Below, one piece after another: positions 9,995-20,223 of a DNA stretch of 64,000 nucleotides (positions within the stretch are counted from its first letter, which is position 1; the number at the start of each line of letters is the position of its first letter). A program made the translations under genes and the position numbers. The DNA is taken from the NCBI GenBank assembly GCA_963699755.1, contig CAVOVB010000010.1, forward strand, positions 128,001 to 192,000. Direction: 5' to 3'. Origin of the DNA: an uncultured delta proteobacterium. Its GTDB lineage: Bacteria; Myxococcota_A; Polyangia; Polyangiales; Houyiibacteriaceae. The notes below the pieces were generated by a model that saw nothing but the letters and a program-made list of their open reading frames with translations, was not told the origin of the DNA and searched no databases.

Positions 9995-11055
9995 GCATCC
10001 TTCGGACTGTCCTTTTATGCATGCTGTCGTCCGCGTGCACCTCACAGCGAGCTCCCCTCGAGAACGCGCCGCCCGATGCGTCGAGCGCGGAGAGCGCGCC
10101 GTCCCGGTTCGTACCCATCATCAAGCCGGAAGATAGCTCGATTCTCCAAGCGCCTGCCGTCGTGCGGGCGTCGCCTGCAGCGTTCGGCGAGGTCACGGCT
10201 CCGACGCCCCTTCGAATAGCGCGCGTTCACGTGCAGGTCGGAGAGGCGGTCTCTGCTGGAGATCCAATGGTCGATGTCTATGCGCGTGACGTGCTCGATG
10301 CCGCTGCAATGTATCTCTCTTCGGGAGCGCGGGCTCAGTCTCACGACGCACGGGCCGACCAGCTCGAAGCGCTGCTAGACGAAGGCCTGGTGCTTCGGGC
10401 CCAAGTCTTCGAGCAGCGCAGCACGGCCGCTGACCTGCGCGCGAGCCGTCTGCAGTCGATCGCGGTGCTTCGCTCTTCGGGAGTCGACCCCAAGGAGGCA
10501 CCTGCGTTGATAGAGCGCGGTTTCGTGACGCTCAGGGCTCCAGTCACCGGCATCGTGACCGAGCTCTCGGCGCGACTCGGCCGGAGCTATCAACCGGGCG
10601 CAACCCCGATCGCTCGCATCACGGGACAAGCGCTGGCACGTATCGAAGTGCAGACGGCGCGGCGCTGGCCTGACGCCACCGCGGTCGTCTTTACGGGGGT
10701 CGACGGACGCCAGATCATGCTCGAACCGACTCCGGTGGCCTCGGTGGTGATTCCCGCGGATGGCACGATCCGCTCCTGGTTCGATCCGCAAGAGCCAGTC
10801 GATCTTCCGGACGGCCTAATCGGAACTGCGCAGGTATTCGCTGCCAAAGACGTCTGGGAGGTTCCTGCTGCGTCGATTCGTCAGCAGGGCGACCGAAGCA
10901 TGCTGATGCGACGACGCGATGACAGGAGCGAGAGGATCGAAATCGAGGTCGTGGCCGCGTCCGGCGCCTCTGCTCTCATCCGGGGTCCCCTCGAGGCCGG
11001 AGATCTGATCGCAATCGCCTTTCCAGATGGGGATGGTTCTGGGAGCGACCAGTGA
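9991..11055 (+). CDS. czcB: Heavy-metal RND periplasmic adaptor, CzcB-like (lipoprotein)
   Basis: Lipobox-like LSSAC, lipoyl motifs V.VGE.V..GD and LRAPVTG; translationally coupled to both neighbours. Confidence 0.78.
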   Translation: MSILRTVLLCMLSSACTSQRAPLENAPPDASSAESAPSRFVPIIKPEDSSILQAPAVVRASPAAFGEVTAPTPLRIARVHVQVGEAVSAGDPMVDVYARDVLDAAAMYLSSGARAQSHDARADQLEALLDEGLVLRAQVFEQRSTAADLRASRLQSIAVLRSSGVDPKEAPALIERGFVTLRAPVTGIVTELSARLGRSYQPGATPIARITGQALARIEVQTARRWPDATAVVFTGVDGRQIMLEPTPVASVVIPADGTIRSWFDPQEPVDLPDGLIGTAQVFAAKDVWEVPAASIRQQGDRSMLMRRRDDRSERIEIEVVAASGASALIRGPLEAGDLIAIAFPDGDGSGSDQ

Positions 11056-14000
11056 TCGAGGCACTCGTTCGCTGGTCCGTTCGAAACGGGGGCATCGTGG
11101 CCGTGGCTGCTGCGATTTTCACGATCGGCGGCGTCTTCGCGGGCTCCCGTCTGCGCTTCGACGCGCTTCCGGACGTGACGGGCAAGCAGGTCATCGTTCT
11201 GACCCAAGCAGAGGGCCTAACGCCCGAGGAGGTCGAGCTCCTGGTGACGCGGCCCATCGAGATGGCCCTCGGCGGGCTCCCCGGGTCCAAGACACAGCGA
11301 AGCATCTCCCGCTATGGTCTGTCTTCGGTCACCGTGGTGTTCGACGAAGAGGTCGATCTTCTTCGCGCCCGGCAACTGGTGCAGGAGCGACTGTTCACCG
11401 TGCAAACGAACATGCCTCCCGGTGTCCAACCCCCCGAGCTAGGGCCGCTCACGGGCGGGCTCGGTGAGGTCTATCAGTTCACCTTGAGCTCGCCTGCGCG
11501 CTCTCCTTCAGAGCTGCTCGAGCTCGTGAGATTCCGCGTAGCTCCGATTCTCCGGGCGGTTCCGGGAGTCGTCGAGGTCAATTCATGGGGCGGCCAACGG
11601 CGAACGATGGATGTCGTGGGCGATCCCACACGCATGGCGCGGCACCGAGTGACGCTGGCGCAGTTGACCCAAGCTACCCGGCAGGGAACGGGCTATGCAG
11701 CGGGAGCGACCCTCGAAGCCGGCGAGTCGGGCGTCCTGCTGCGCGGGGTCGCATGGCCGCGGCGCCCAGCCGAGCTTGCCGGAGCTGTCGTCGGGACCGG
11801 TGAGGGAGACGCTCCAATCCGTATCGGCGACGTCGCCGAGGTCCGCGAGAGCGCCGCCGTCCGGATCGGTGCTGCGACGGCGGATGGTCTAGGCGAAACC
11901 GTCTACGTCATGGTGCAGATGCTATTGGAAGCCAATGCGCTCGAAGTGGTGGATGGCGTCAAATCCAAAATGCAGCAGGTGCGGACGGTGCTGCCCGACG
12001 ACGTCACCATACAGGTGGTCTACGATCGAAGCGAGCTCGTCGATGCAACTCTTCGGACGGTCTTCGCCAATTTGCTCGAGGGCGGGCTCCTAGTCGTCGC
12101 AATCCTTTTCGTGTTGCTCGGAAGCTTCCGGGCAGGTGCTCTCGTTGCATCGGTCATTCCTTTGTCGATGCTGGGGGCGGTCACCGGCATGGTGTTACTC
12201 GACCTGCCCGGCAATCTCATGAGCTTGGGAGCGCTCGACTTCGGTCTGCTCGTAGATGGCGCAGTCGTGATGGTGGAAGCGGTCTTTCACTCCGCCCATG
12301 ACCGCGGCGGATCGATCGAAGACCAGGTCGAGGACACCACAACGCGGATGGCGAGGCCAGTCTTCTTCGGGGTGTTGATCATCATTCTGGTCTACGTTCC
12401 GATCCTGAGTCTCACGGGGATTGAAGGGAAGATGTATCGGCCCATGGCAATTACGGTGTTGCTGGCGTTGCTGAGCGCGTTGTTCCTATCGCTCACGTAC
12501 GTGCCCGCCCTGTCACGCCTCATCTTGCGTGACAGAGACGTGCCCGCGCAGAGTCCTTTCTTGGTCCGCTGGGTATCGCGGAAGTACATGCCTATCGTCG
12601 ACTGGTCCATCGGTCATCCGCTCCCGATCCTGACGTCCGCAGGCGTGCTGCTGGCGGTTGGGGTGGCGCTCGCGCTGGCCGCCGGCTCCGCATTCGTGCC
12701 TCAGCTCGACGAAGGAGATCTGGTCGTGCAGACTGTTCGCGACGCCGACATCGGCATCGAGACCGCGGTCTCGCAGAGCACGAAGATGGAAGCCGCGATC
12801 CTCGAGGCCGTGCCCGAGGCTCGCCACATCGCTTCGCGAATCGGTAGCCCAGAGGTAGCGACCGACATCATGGGGCGCGAGCAGGCCGATGTTTTCATTG
12901 ATCTCGCTCCGAGGTCGGAATGGCGAGAGGACGTGACGCGAGACGAGATCATCTCCGAGATCGATCGGGCAATCGCCCGATCTGCGCCTGCACAAGTTGC
13001 GTTTACACAGCCGATTCAAATGAGATTCAACGAGCTGGTTGGCGGAAGCGTGACCGACGTGTCTTTGAGCATTTACGGCGAGAACTTGTCCGAGCTTCAA
13101 CGGTTTGCAAACGACGTCGTCGCTGCCCTGTCGACGGTGAAGGGTGCAAAGGACGTTCGAGTTCTGGCGCCACCTTCGGTTGGACTACTCGAGGTCGTGC
13201 CCCGCCCTCTGCAAGCGAGCCGGTTCGGATTTCGCTCCGCGGAGGTGCTGGAGCACGTCAGGGCAGCCCGCGCTGGCATCGTGACAGGAACGACCTATGA
13301 CGGACCTGTCCAGATCCCCGTGCGCGTTCGCCTCGGCGTCGACCCCGACGCGTTGTCGTTTGAGCGGTATCTCCTACCGACACAGGAGGGCTCGCTGATC
13401 GCACTTTCACAGGTCGCCGAGGTGTCTCACGAGCGAGGGCCCGCATTGGTCAATCACGAAATGGCGCAGCGAAGGGTCATCGTCGGAATGAACGTTCGAG
13501 GCAGAGACCTCGGCTCCGTAGTCGATGACGCTCAGCGGCTGATCGAGGGTCCAGACCTCAAGGCTCCCGAAGGAGCACTGCTGGCGTGGGGTGGGCAGTA
13601 CGAAGGCCTCACGCGAGCGAAGAAGCACTTGGGCCTCATCGTTCCAGCGGTGCTCCTGCTCATGCTCGCGCTGCTTCTCGCCCTTTTTCGCAGCTTGCCT
13701 CCAGCCCTGATGATCTTACTGAATGTTCCCTTTGCCGCGGTTGGTGGAATCGTCGCCCTCTCCGCGCGCGGCCTTCCGATCTCGGTCTCGGCCGTGGTGG
13801 GCTTCATCGCGCTGAGCGGGATTGCAGTTCTCAACGGAGTGGTTTTGGTCACAGCGCTAATGGCAGAGATCGAAGCGGGCCTAGTCGTCGTCGAGGCGGT
13901 GCGCAGCGCGGCGCGATCGAGGCTTCGCCCGGTGCTGATGACCGCCCTGGTCGCAGCGCTTGGTTTCATTCCTATGACGCTAGCCACCGGGGTCGGCGCG

Positions 14001-14153
14001 GAGGTGCAGCGGCCCCTCGCGACAGTGGTGGTCGGAGGCCTGGTCACCAGCACAGTGCTCACCCTGGTCATCCTGCCGGCCATCGCGCCCATCCTTCTCG
14101 GAAGGCGAGCCCGCGCCGCGGAGCGTCGGACGGACGCGCCCAACAGCCCATGA
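11052..14153 (+). CDS. czcA: CzcA/CusA family heavy-metal efflux RND transporter
   Basis: DALPDVT, NLMSLGALDFGLLVDGAVVMVE, FTQPIQMRFNEL, GIAVLNG, GAEVQRPLATVVVGGL. Confidence 0.95.
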   Translation: MIEALVRWSVRNGGIVAVAAAIFTIGGVFAGSRLRFDALPDVTGKQVIVLTQAEGLTPEEVELLVTRPIEMALGGLPGSKTQRSISRYGLSSVTVVFDEEVDLLRARQLVQERLFTVQTNMPPGVQPPELGPLTGGLGEVYQFTLSSPARSPSELLELVRFRVAPILRAVPGVVEVNSWGGQRRTMDVVGDPTRMARHRVTLAQLTQATRQGTGYAAGATLEAGESGVLLRGVAWPRRPAELAGAVVGTGEGDAPIRIGDVAEVRESAAVRIGAATADGLGETVYVMVQMLLEANALEVVDGVKSKMQQVRTVLPDDVTIQVVYDRSELVDATLRTVFANLLEGGLLVVAILFVLLGSFRAGALVASVIPLSMLGAVTGMVLLDLPGNLMSLGALDFGLLVDGAVVMVEAVFHSAHDRGGSIEDQVEDTTTRMARPVFFGVLIIILVYVPILSLTGIEGKMYRPMAITVLLALLSALFLSLTYVPALSRLILRDRDVPAQSPFLVRWVSRKYMPIVDWSIGHPLPILTSAGVLLAVGVALALAAGSAFVPQLDEGDLVVQTVRDADIGIETAVSQSTKMEAAILEAVPEARHIASRIGSPEVATDIMGREQADVFIDLAPRSEWREDVTRDEIISEIDRAIARSAPAQVAFTQPIQMRFNELVGGSVTDVSLSIYGENLSELQRFANDVVAALSTVKGAKDVRVLAPPSVGLLEVVPRPLQASRFGFRSAEVLEHVRAARAGIVTGTTYDGPVQIPVRVRLGVDPDALSFERYLLPTQEGSLIALSQVAEVSHERGPALVNHEMAQRRVIVGMNVRGRDLGSVVDDAQRLIEGPDLKAPEGALLAWGGQYEGLTRAKKHLGLIVPAVLLLMLALLLALFRSLPPALMILLNVPFAAVGGIVALSARGLPISVSAVVGFIALSGIAVLNGVVLVTALMAEIEAGLVVVEAVRSAARSRLRPVLMTALVAALGFIPMTLATGVGAEVQRPLATVVVGGLVTSTVLTLVILPAIAPILLGRRARAAERRTDAPNSP

Positions 14154-14269
14154 AGAGAAACCCCGGCAGCTGGGCGTTGCCCTAGGAGCGATCCGGCCAT
14201 CAAGAACGCGCCCGCCATGGCCGCTGCTGCGAGTGACGATCGCCCGCAGGGCGAGTAGAGTTCAGAGCC

Positions 14270-15073
14270 GTGGCCGAACAGCCTTTCCTCTTTGCGCGAG
14301 ATCTCTCGCTCCGATACCCAAACGGAACCCTCGCCCTCGAGGGGATTAACCTCGCCGTCGCACGGCCGGAGATCGTTGGGATCGTGGGCCCCAGCGGCTG
14401 CGGAAAATCGACGCTGCTTCGAGCGGTCGCCGGGCTCCTGCCCATCAGCGGCGGCGTGCTGACCGTCGCTGGCCTCGAGCCGGAACGCGCGCGCCAACAG
14501 AATTGCTCCGAGTCCTTCGTTTTCCAGGATCCCACGCTCCTGCCCTGGCGAAGCGTCGAGGCGAACGTTCGCCTCCCGCTCGAGCTGCGAGGCGAGCCTC
14601 GCGAGGGCTGGAAGACGCGCATCGGCCAAGCGCTCGAGATGGTGGGCCTGGCATCGGTGGCAAGGCAGCACCCTGCTCAGCTCTCTGGCGGAATGCAGAT
14701 GCGGGTCTCGCTGGCACGCGCCTTGGTGATCGAGCCCGAGCTGCTCCTCCTCGATGAGCCCTTCGGCGCCCTAGACGAGATGACACGCGAGCGGCTCGAT
14801 GAAGAGCTCCTCGCGCTTTGGCACAAGCAGCGCTGGACGGTGCTCGCGGTGACCCACAGCGTGCATGAAGCCGTCTTCCTCTCCACCCGGACCCTCGTTC
14901 TCAGTGCCGGGCCTGGACAGGTGATCGCCGAGGTGCCGATCGATTTGCCGTATCCACGCACCGCAGAGATGCGCACGAGCCCGGAGCTGTTTGAGCTGGT
15001 GCGCCGCGTGAGCGAGGAGCTGCGTCGACAGAAGAGCGCCGAACCCGCGGTTGTACACGAGGCGCCCGAGTGA
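14270..15073 (+). CDS. ABC transporter ATP-binding protein (NitT/TauT family)
   Basis: Walker A GPSGCGKS, signature LSGGMQMR, Walker B LLLDEPFGALD. Confidence 0.95.
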   Translation: MAEQPFLFARDLSLRYPNGTLALEGINLAVARPEIVGIVGPSGCGKSTLLRAVAGLLPISGGVLTVAGLEPERARQQNCSESFVFQDPTLLPWRSVEANVRLPLELRGEPREGWKTRIGQALEMVGLASVARQHPAQLSGGMQMRVSLARALVIEPELLLLDEPFGALDEMTRERLDEELLALWHKQRWTVLAVTHSVHEAVFLSTRTLVLSAGPGQVIAEVPIDLPYPRTAEMRTSPELFELVRRVSEELRRQKSAEPAVVHEAPE

Positions 15074-15849
15074 AGGGCGTACTGCGCGCCGCCACGCCCC
15101 CGCTGGTCGTGTTGCTCGTCTTTCTCGCTGCCTGGGAAGGACTAGTCCTCGCGCTCGACGTTGCTCCCTATCTGCTCCCGGCGCCGAGTGCGATCGGCCA
15201 AGCGCTCTTCGAGCACTCCGGGGAGCTCGCAAAGGGCACGGCGCTCACAGGGCTCGCGTCGATCCTGGGCTTCGCCTCGAGCCTCCTGCTGGGCGCCCTG
15301 ATCGCCTTTGCGTTCTCCCAATCACGCCTGGTGCAGCGCAGCTTCTATCCTTACGCGATCTTCCTCCAGACGGTCCCAATCCTCGCCATCGCTCCGCTCA
15401 TCGTGATCTGGGTGGGTACCGGACTCTTGAGCGTCGTGCTGGTCGCGGTGATCATCAGCCTCTTCCCGATCATCACCAGCGGGACGACCGGTCTGACACG
15501 CGTCGACCCGGGTCAGCTGGAGCTCTTCGCAATCCATAATGCGAGCCGCTGGCAGGAGCTCGTCGCGTTGCGCTTGCCGGGATCGATCCCCTACTTCCTC
15601 GCCGGAGCCAAGGTCGCGAGCGGCCTGGCGGTGATCGGCGCGGTCGTCGGAGAATTCTTTGCGGGCTCTGATGAGTACCGGGGGCTGGGCACGATCATCA
15701 TCGTGACCTCGGGGCGCCTCGAGACGGCGTACCTCTTTGCGGCCGTGGTCGCTTCGACCTTGCTAGGGCTCGCGCTCTTCGGCGCCGTATCACTCACAGG
15801 AGACGCGATTCTCAAGCGGTGGCGGGGGCGCGAGACCGAGACCGAGTAA
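15070..15849 (+). CDS. ABC transporter permease (NitT/TauT family)
   Basis: YLLPAPS, QTVPILAIAPL, GAVVGEF; about six TM segments. Confidence 0.93.
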   Translation: MKGVLRAATPPLVVLLVFLAAWEGLVLALDVAPYLLPAPSAIGQALFEHSGELAKGTALTGLASILGFASSLLLGALIAFAFSQSRLVQRSFYPYAIFLQTVPILAIAPLIVIWVGTGLLSVVLVAVIISLFPIITSGTTGLTRVDPGQLELFAIHNASRWQELVALRLPGSIPYFLAGAKVASGLAVIGAVVGEFFAGSDEYRGLGTIIIVTSGRLETAYLFAAVVASTLLGLALFGAVSLTGDAILKRWRGRETETE

Positions 15850-15893
15850 GCAGCGCTTGCCGTCTGCGCTCCACAACGCTATGCGCGCTCGAG

Positions 15894-16868
15894 ATGTCGC
15901 TGCGCCTCTCGCTTCTCTGCGCGCTCGCCCTTTTTCTCGCGTCCTGCCAATGCGGCAGCGGCACGCGGAAGACGACCGAGGACGGCCGAACGCGGGTCAC
16001 GCTGCTCCTCAACTGGTTCGCCGAGGCGGAGCACGGAGGCTTCTATGCAGCCGACGTCTCGGGTCTTTACTCCGAGGGTGGGCTCGAGGTCGACATCCAG
16101 GCGGGACGACCCGATGCACCGGTGATCGCGCAGGTGGGCACCGGGCGCGCCGAGTTCGGCTGCGCCAACGCGGCGGAGGTCCTGCTCGGTCGTGCCCAGG
16201 GCGTTCCGATCGTCGCCCTGGCCGCGCCGCTACAGACCGATCCGCGCTGTGTACTGGTGCGCGCCAGCTCTCCCTTTCGGCGCCTCGAGGACCTTCGGGA
16301 CGTCACCTTCGCGATGAACCAACGCGAGCCCTTCGCGGAGTTCCTGCGTGCACGTGTGCCTTTGCAGGGCGTGCGCGTGGTGCCTTACTCCGGTAACATC
16401 GCTCAGTTCCTCGAAAGCGAGTCCTTCGTCCAGCAGGCATACGTGTTTAGCGAGCCGCAGCTCGCCGAAGAGGCCGGGGTTCAGACGCGCTGCCTGATGG
16501 TCGCAGACCTCGGCTTCAATCCGTACGCGCAGGTGCTCATCACCAACGAGCGCATGATCCGCGAACAGCCCGAGATCGTTCGCGCGATGACGCGCGCAGT
16601 GGTCGCGGGGTGGGCCCGCTATCTCGATGACCCCGGTCCCACCAACCTGCGGATCGGCGCGCTGAACCCGGAGATGAACGAGGCCACCCTCGCCTACGGC
16701 GCTCGCGCTATTGCGCCGCTGGTCCGGGTCGCCGGGACGCCGATAGGTTCGATGAGCCCCGAGCGCTGGGCGACGCTGCGCTCGCAGATGATCGAGGTGG
16801 GGCTCATCGGCCATGGCCAGCTTACGGCAGGGACGTCTTTCGACGCGTCGTTTCTCTCGTCAGAGTAG
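15894..16868 (+). CDS. ABC substrate-binding lipoprotein, NMT1/THI5-like
   Basis: Lipobox FLASC; LLNWFAEAEHGGFYAA...GLEVDI motif of THI5-like binding proteins. Confidence 0.88.
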   Translation: MSLRLSLLCALALFLASCQCGSGTRKTTEDGRTRVTLLLNWFAEAEHGGFYAADVSGLYSEGGLEVDIQAGRPDAPVIAQVGTGRAEFGCANAAEVLLGRAQGVPIVALAAPLQTDPRCVLVRASSPFRRLEDLRDVTFAMNQREPFAEFLRARVPLQGVRVVPYSGNIAQFLESESFVQQAYVFSEPQLAEEAGVQTRCLMVADLGFNPYAQVLITNERMIREQPEIVRAMTRAVVAGWARYLDDPGPTNLRIGALNPEMNEATLAYGARAIAPLVRVAGTPIGSMSPERWATLRSQMIEVGLIGHGQLTAGTSFDASFLSSE

Positions 16869-16935
16869 TCGAGTAACCTTCGAGGCCGTCCCCATCAGTC
16901 CTAGTCCGGTGTCTACGGAAGCGGGGGTAAGTCCA

Positions 16936-18342
16936 TCATTCGCGGGACGCTTCGCGCGCGGTGGCGATGGTCAACAACTCGTCGAACCTGGTGCGGACAC
17001 CCGCGGTGATTCTTTCCGGGTCGGGCACGAGGCCGGCGTCGGTGATCACGCCGACGCTCACCTTGCCGTCATAGCTGAAGACGCTGACCCCAAGGCCCAG
17101 GTGTCCCGCTTGTGGGACCCAGCCCATGATGTTCTCGATCTTGCTGCCGGCGATGTAGAGCGCCTGACCGGGTCCGCGTACGTTGGTCACCACCGCGGTG
17201 GCGCGGGAGCCGAAGATATTGAGCCCCTGCTCCTCGACCTGTCGGGGCGTCACGCCAAAGATGTTGAGCAGGCTGTAGAACGTGACCGCCTCGATCGACT
17301 GCTTGATGGCGTCCATGCGCTTCTTGGTCTCTCGAAGCCGTTCAACCGGGTCGGCGATGCTCAGCGGAAGAGCCAAGAAGACGAGGCCAAAGGCGTTGCC
17401 GAGCTCGATGCCTCGTTGAGGCTCGCGGAGGTCCACCGGAATCACCGCCCGAATCTCGAGATCGCCGACGTCCACCTCGCGCTCGATCAAGTAGTCGCGA
17501 AGTGCGCCGGTGACCGCGCTCAGCATGACGTCGTTGACCTTTGTACCCATTCCTCTGGTGACGGTCTTGACGTCCACCAGAGGAATGTTGTTCGACCAGG
17601 CCACGCGTTTTTGCACACCGAGAGGACCTTTGAACAGCGTCTCCGGATCCGGCGTCATCAGCAGCACGCGCCCCACGATGCTCGCCGCTTCGGCCGCGGC
17701 GCCCGCGCCCTCCACGATACGTGAGGGGTGGCGCAAGCTTTCGCTGCCCTCGTGCGCCAAGTAGCGCACGGCCTTTCCGATCGTACGCACGGACTCGAAC
17801 GCGCTCGAAACGAAATCGCGGCGTTTCGGCGCTTCCGGTGCAGACTCTTTCAGCTCACCGATCGGCGCATCACGCGCCATGTCCATGAGGCGAAAGAGCA
17901 CCGCGTTCATCGCCGTGCCATCGCCGATGCAATGATGGAGACGCAAGACCATGGCCGCGCCGCCCGCGACGTTCTCCACCAGATGAATGTTCCAGAGCGG
18001 CTTGGAAAAATCGAGCGGCGTGCTGGCCAGATCGCTGATGAGTCGCTGCAGCTCCGTCATGTCGCCCGGCGCCGGCAGTGCCACGCGATGGATGTGCGCA
18101 TCCAAATCGAAGTTGGGATCGACCTCCCAGTGGGGCGTACCCAACGGCAGCGCCGGCTCCACCACCCGCATGGTGAACCGATCCAGGGTGAGCAAGCGGA
18201 CTTCCAAAGTCTTGCGGAAGCGTTCGAAGTCGAGCGGCTTATCGAGCAGCGAAACGCCCGTGATCATCATCAGATTCGTCGGCTCTTCCATGTGCAGCCA
18301 GGCCGAATCGACCGGAGACATCTGTTTGGTTTGGGTGGTCAT
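16936..18342 (-). CDS. Wax ester synthase/diacylglycerol acyltransferase (WS/DGAT)
   Basis: MSPVDSAWLHME, PLW, catalytic HHCIGDG, KVNDV, TNVRGP; GAAGGAAGG RBS upstream of the ATG at 18342. Confidence 0.95.
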   Translation of the reverse strand: MTTQTKQMSPVDSAWLHMEEPTNLMMITGVSLLDKPLDFERFRKTLEVRLLTLDRFTMRVVEPALPLGTPHWEVDPNFDLDAHIHRVALPAPGDMTELQRLISDLASTPLDFSKPLWNIHLVENVAGGAAMVLRLHHCIGDGTAMNAVLFRLMDMARDAPIGELKESAPEAPKRRDFVSSAFESVRTIGKAVRYLAHEGSESLRHPSRIVEGAGAAAEAASIVGRVLLMTPDPETLFKGPLGVQKRVAWSNNIPLVDVKTVTRGMGTKVNDVMLSAVTGALRDYLIEREVDVGDLEIRAVIPVDLREPQRGIELGNAFGLVFLALPLSIADPVERLRETKKRMDAIKQSIEAVTFYSLLNIFGVTPRQVEEQGLNIFGSRATAVVTNVRGPGQALYIAGSKIENIMGWVPQAGHLGLGVSVFSYDGKVSVGVITDAGLVPDPERITAGVRTRFDELLTIATAREASRE

Positions 18343-18517
18343 GGGTGCACCTTCCTTCACGCTGCCGGTGGCCGTCAACCTCCGTTGGACCCCGCTTGGC
18401 CCGGGTCGCGGGACGCGCGCAGGTTCGTTCGGAGCCTGGCGAAGGTCCCCAGCGCATTCTGGCAAGATCGCGACGATCATCGCAGCATCGCCCGACAAGA
18501 GAGCAAGCCAAGAGGCG

Positions 18518-19383
18518 CTACTCGTGCTCGAAGTCGAGGGTCGCCGGGCTAGGGTCGCCATGCGCGTACCACGCGCTCTGGCCAGACCAGCGAAGCGTGT
18601 AGGGGCCTGTCGCCGGGTCGTCCACCAGGAAGCGCACGTAGAGGCCTTGCGTGTCGATGCCGGCGGCCGATCCCTGGAGCGAGGGCAGGGAGGCGCCGTC
18701 GACTCCCACGTTCGAGCCGCCCGGCAGCGCGAGCGAGAAGTCCTGCGGGAAGAGCGACCAGTTCCCCGAGCGGCGGCTTGTGGCGTCGAAATAGAGCGTC
18801 AGTGCCAGCTTTCCGTCCTGCACTTCACGGTGGTTGACGGGATCATCGTAGCGCAGGGTGGCGCGGGTGAACGTCATGTCGAGCATCGTCAGGTTGACCG
18901 CGCCGCTGAGCGGGGGCTCGCTTGGCGCGAGCGCGATCAGCTCGCCGGAGACGTCGAGACCTCCCGGCACGTCCGGAATGCCGCCGGACCGCGGGTTGGT
19001 CGTACCGCCGGGCGTGACTGGGACCAGATCCGAATTGAGGCGCCAGTCGTCGTCGCCCTCATTGCTGAAGGTTGCCTCGAGGGTGAGGGTGATGTCCTGC
19101 TGGCCAAAGATGTCGGGCTCAGTTCCGGCGTAGACGGCGTCGCCAATCTCCACCTTGAAGCCCTGACGCCAGAACGTCTGATTGACGGGCTAGGTCTCTT
19201 CGAAGGCGCCCATACCAGCGGTACCGCCGCTGCCACCGGTACCGGGCACACCACCGGAGCCACCGGTGCCTGACATCCCACCATCCCCACCCGTGCCAGA
19301 GGCGCCGCCCTCGCTGCCAGACCCGAGACAGGCGAACAAGATCGCACCCGAATCGACGGGAAACCGGAGCCCGTCTTGCGCAT
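18518..19383 (-). pseudogene. Secreted/lipoprotein with Gly-rich linker, disrupted
   Basis: GGAGG RBS plus ATG at 19383; frameshift in the signal region; GTGG/GSGG linker; in-frame TAG at 19190-19192 (EET*PVNQTFW) joins ORFs 19190..19417 and 18518..19153, which share a frame. Confidence 0.65.
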
Positions 19384-19667
19384 GGTGACCTCCGATGTTT
19401 GAGGCCAGCGATCCCACGCCCGTCTCGAAGCAAACACCATCGAAATTGCCTTAGTAAATCGGCCCGGAAATTCCGGAGGCCCTGGGGTGCCCGATGGGCC
19501 GAAAGGCCAGGCGAAGAGCCATCGGCGACAGATCGCGGACAGGTCCCATCGATGCCCTGCCTGGGGAAAGATGTGGTCTACGCGGACGGCGATTGACACC
19601 ATTCAAGCCATGCTTACTGTGCCGTCGCTTCGGAACGTTTTTGCGTAGGAGCAGAAAACGAGATCGT

Positions 19668-20126
19668 ATGAAAAGAATTGTAGTGACACTTCTGTTGAGC
19701 TTGGTCGGTGCTCTCTTCGTTGCCAACTCGACGCCGGTCTCGGCGGACGAAGTGAAGACAAAGGCAGCCGAATCCGCCAAGAGCGAGGGTGCCAAGGCCG
19801 GCGAATCCGCCAAGAGCGAGGGTGCCAAAGCCAGCGAATCCGCCAAGAGCAAGGGTGCCAAAGCCGAAGCGGAGAAGGCGAAAACGCAGAAGCAGCACCA
19901 AGAAAAGAAGGTGAAGGCACAGGCCGCGGGGGATAAGAAGAAGGCGGCTGGCAAGGCTAAGACTGAAACCAATAAGCTACGTGCCGAGGCCGAGACCGAG
20001 GCGAAAAAGGTCGCTCCCGAAGCCAAGAAGGAAGGCGCTAAGGTCGAGAAAGACGTCGGAGCTAAGGCGCCGGCGCCTCGGAAAGGTGATGCCGCGAAGG
20101 TTCCAGTCTCCACGACGAAGGATTAA
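19668..20126 (+). CDS. Secreted Lys/Ala/Glu-rich low-complexity protein
   Basis: Signal peptide MKRIVVTLLLSLVGALFVANSTPVSA followed by a K/A/E-rich body. Confidence 0.8.
   Translation: MKRIVVTLLLSLVGALFVANSTPVSADEVKTKAAESAKSEGAKAGESAKSEGAKASESAKSKGAKAEAEKAKTQKQHQEKKVKAQAAGDKKKAAGKAKTETNKLRAEAETEAKKVAPEAKKEGAKVEKDVGAKAPAPRKGDAAKVPVSTTKD
19770..19868 (+). repeat. Three tandem 33-bp coding repeats (ESAKSEGAKAx)
   Basis: gaatccgccaagagc(g/a)agggtgccaa(g/a)gcc... at 19770, 19803 and 19836. Confidence 0.9.
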
Positions 20127-20223
20127 GAACCGGTGTTCTTGTTTCCTGGGTGGCTGACGGGCTACATGCCGAGCGTGAATCGCCGATGAACTTCCCGCGT
20201 CCGGGGCAGTACAATGCCGGACT

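Noticed and set aside
1451..19192. TAG reassignment or pyrrolysine readthrough
   Set aside because: Intact genes end in TAG (for example at 3362, 6449 and 16868), and the TAG-containing genes have additional deletions or frameshifts.
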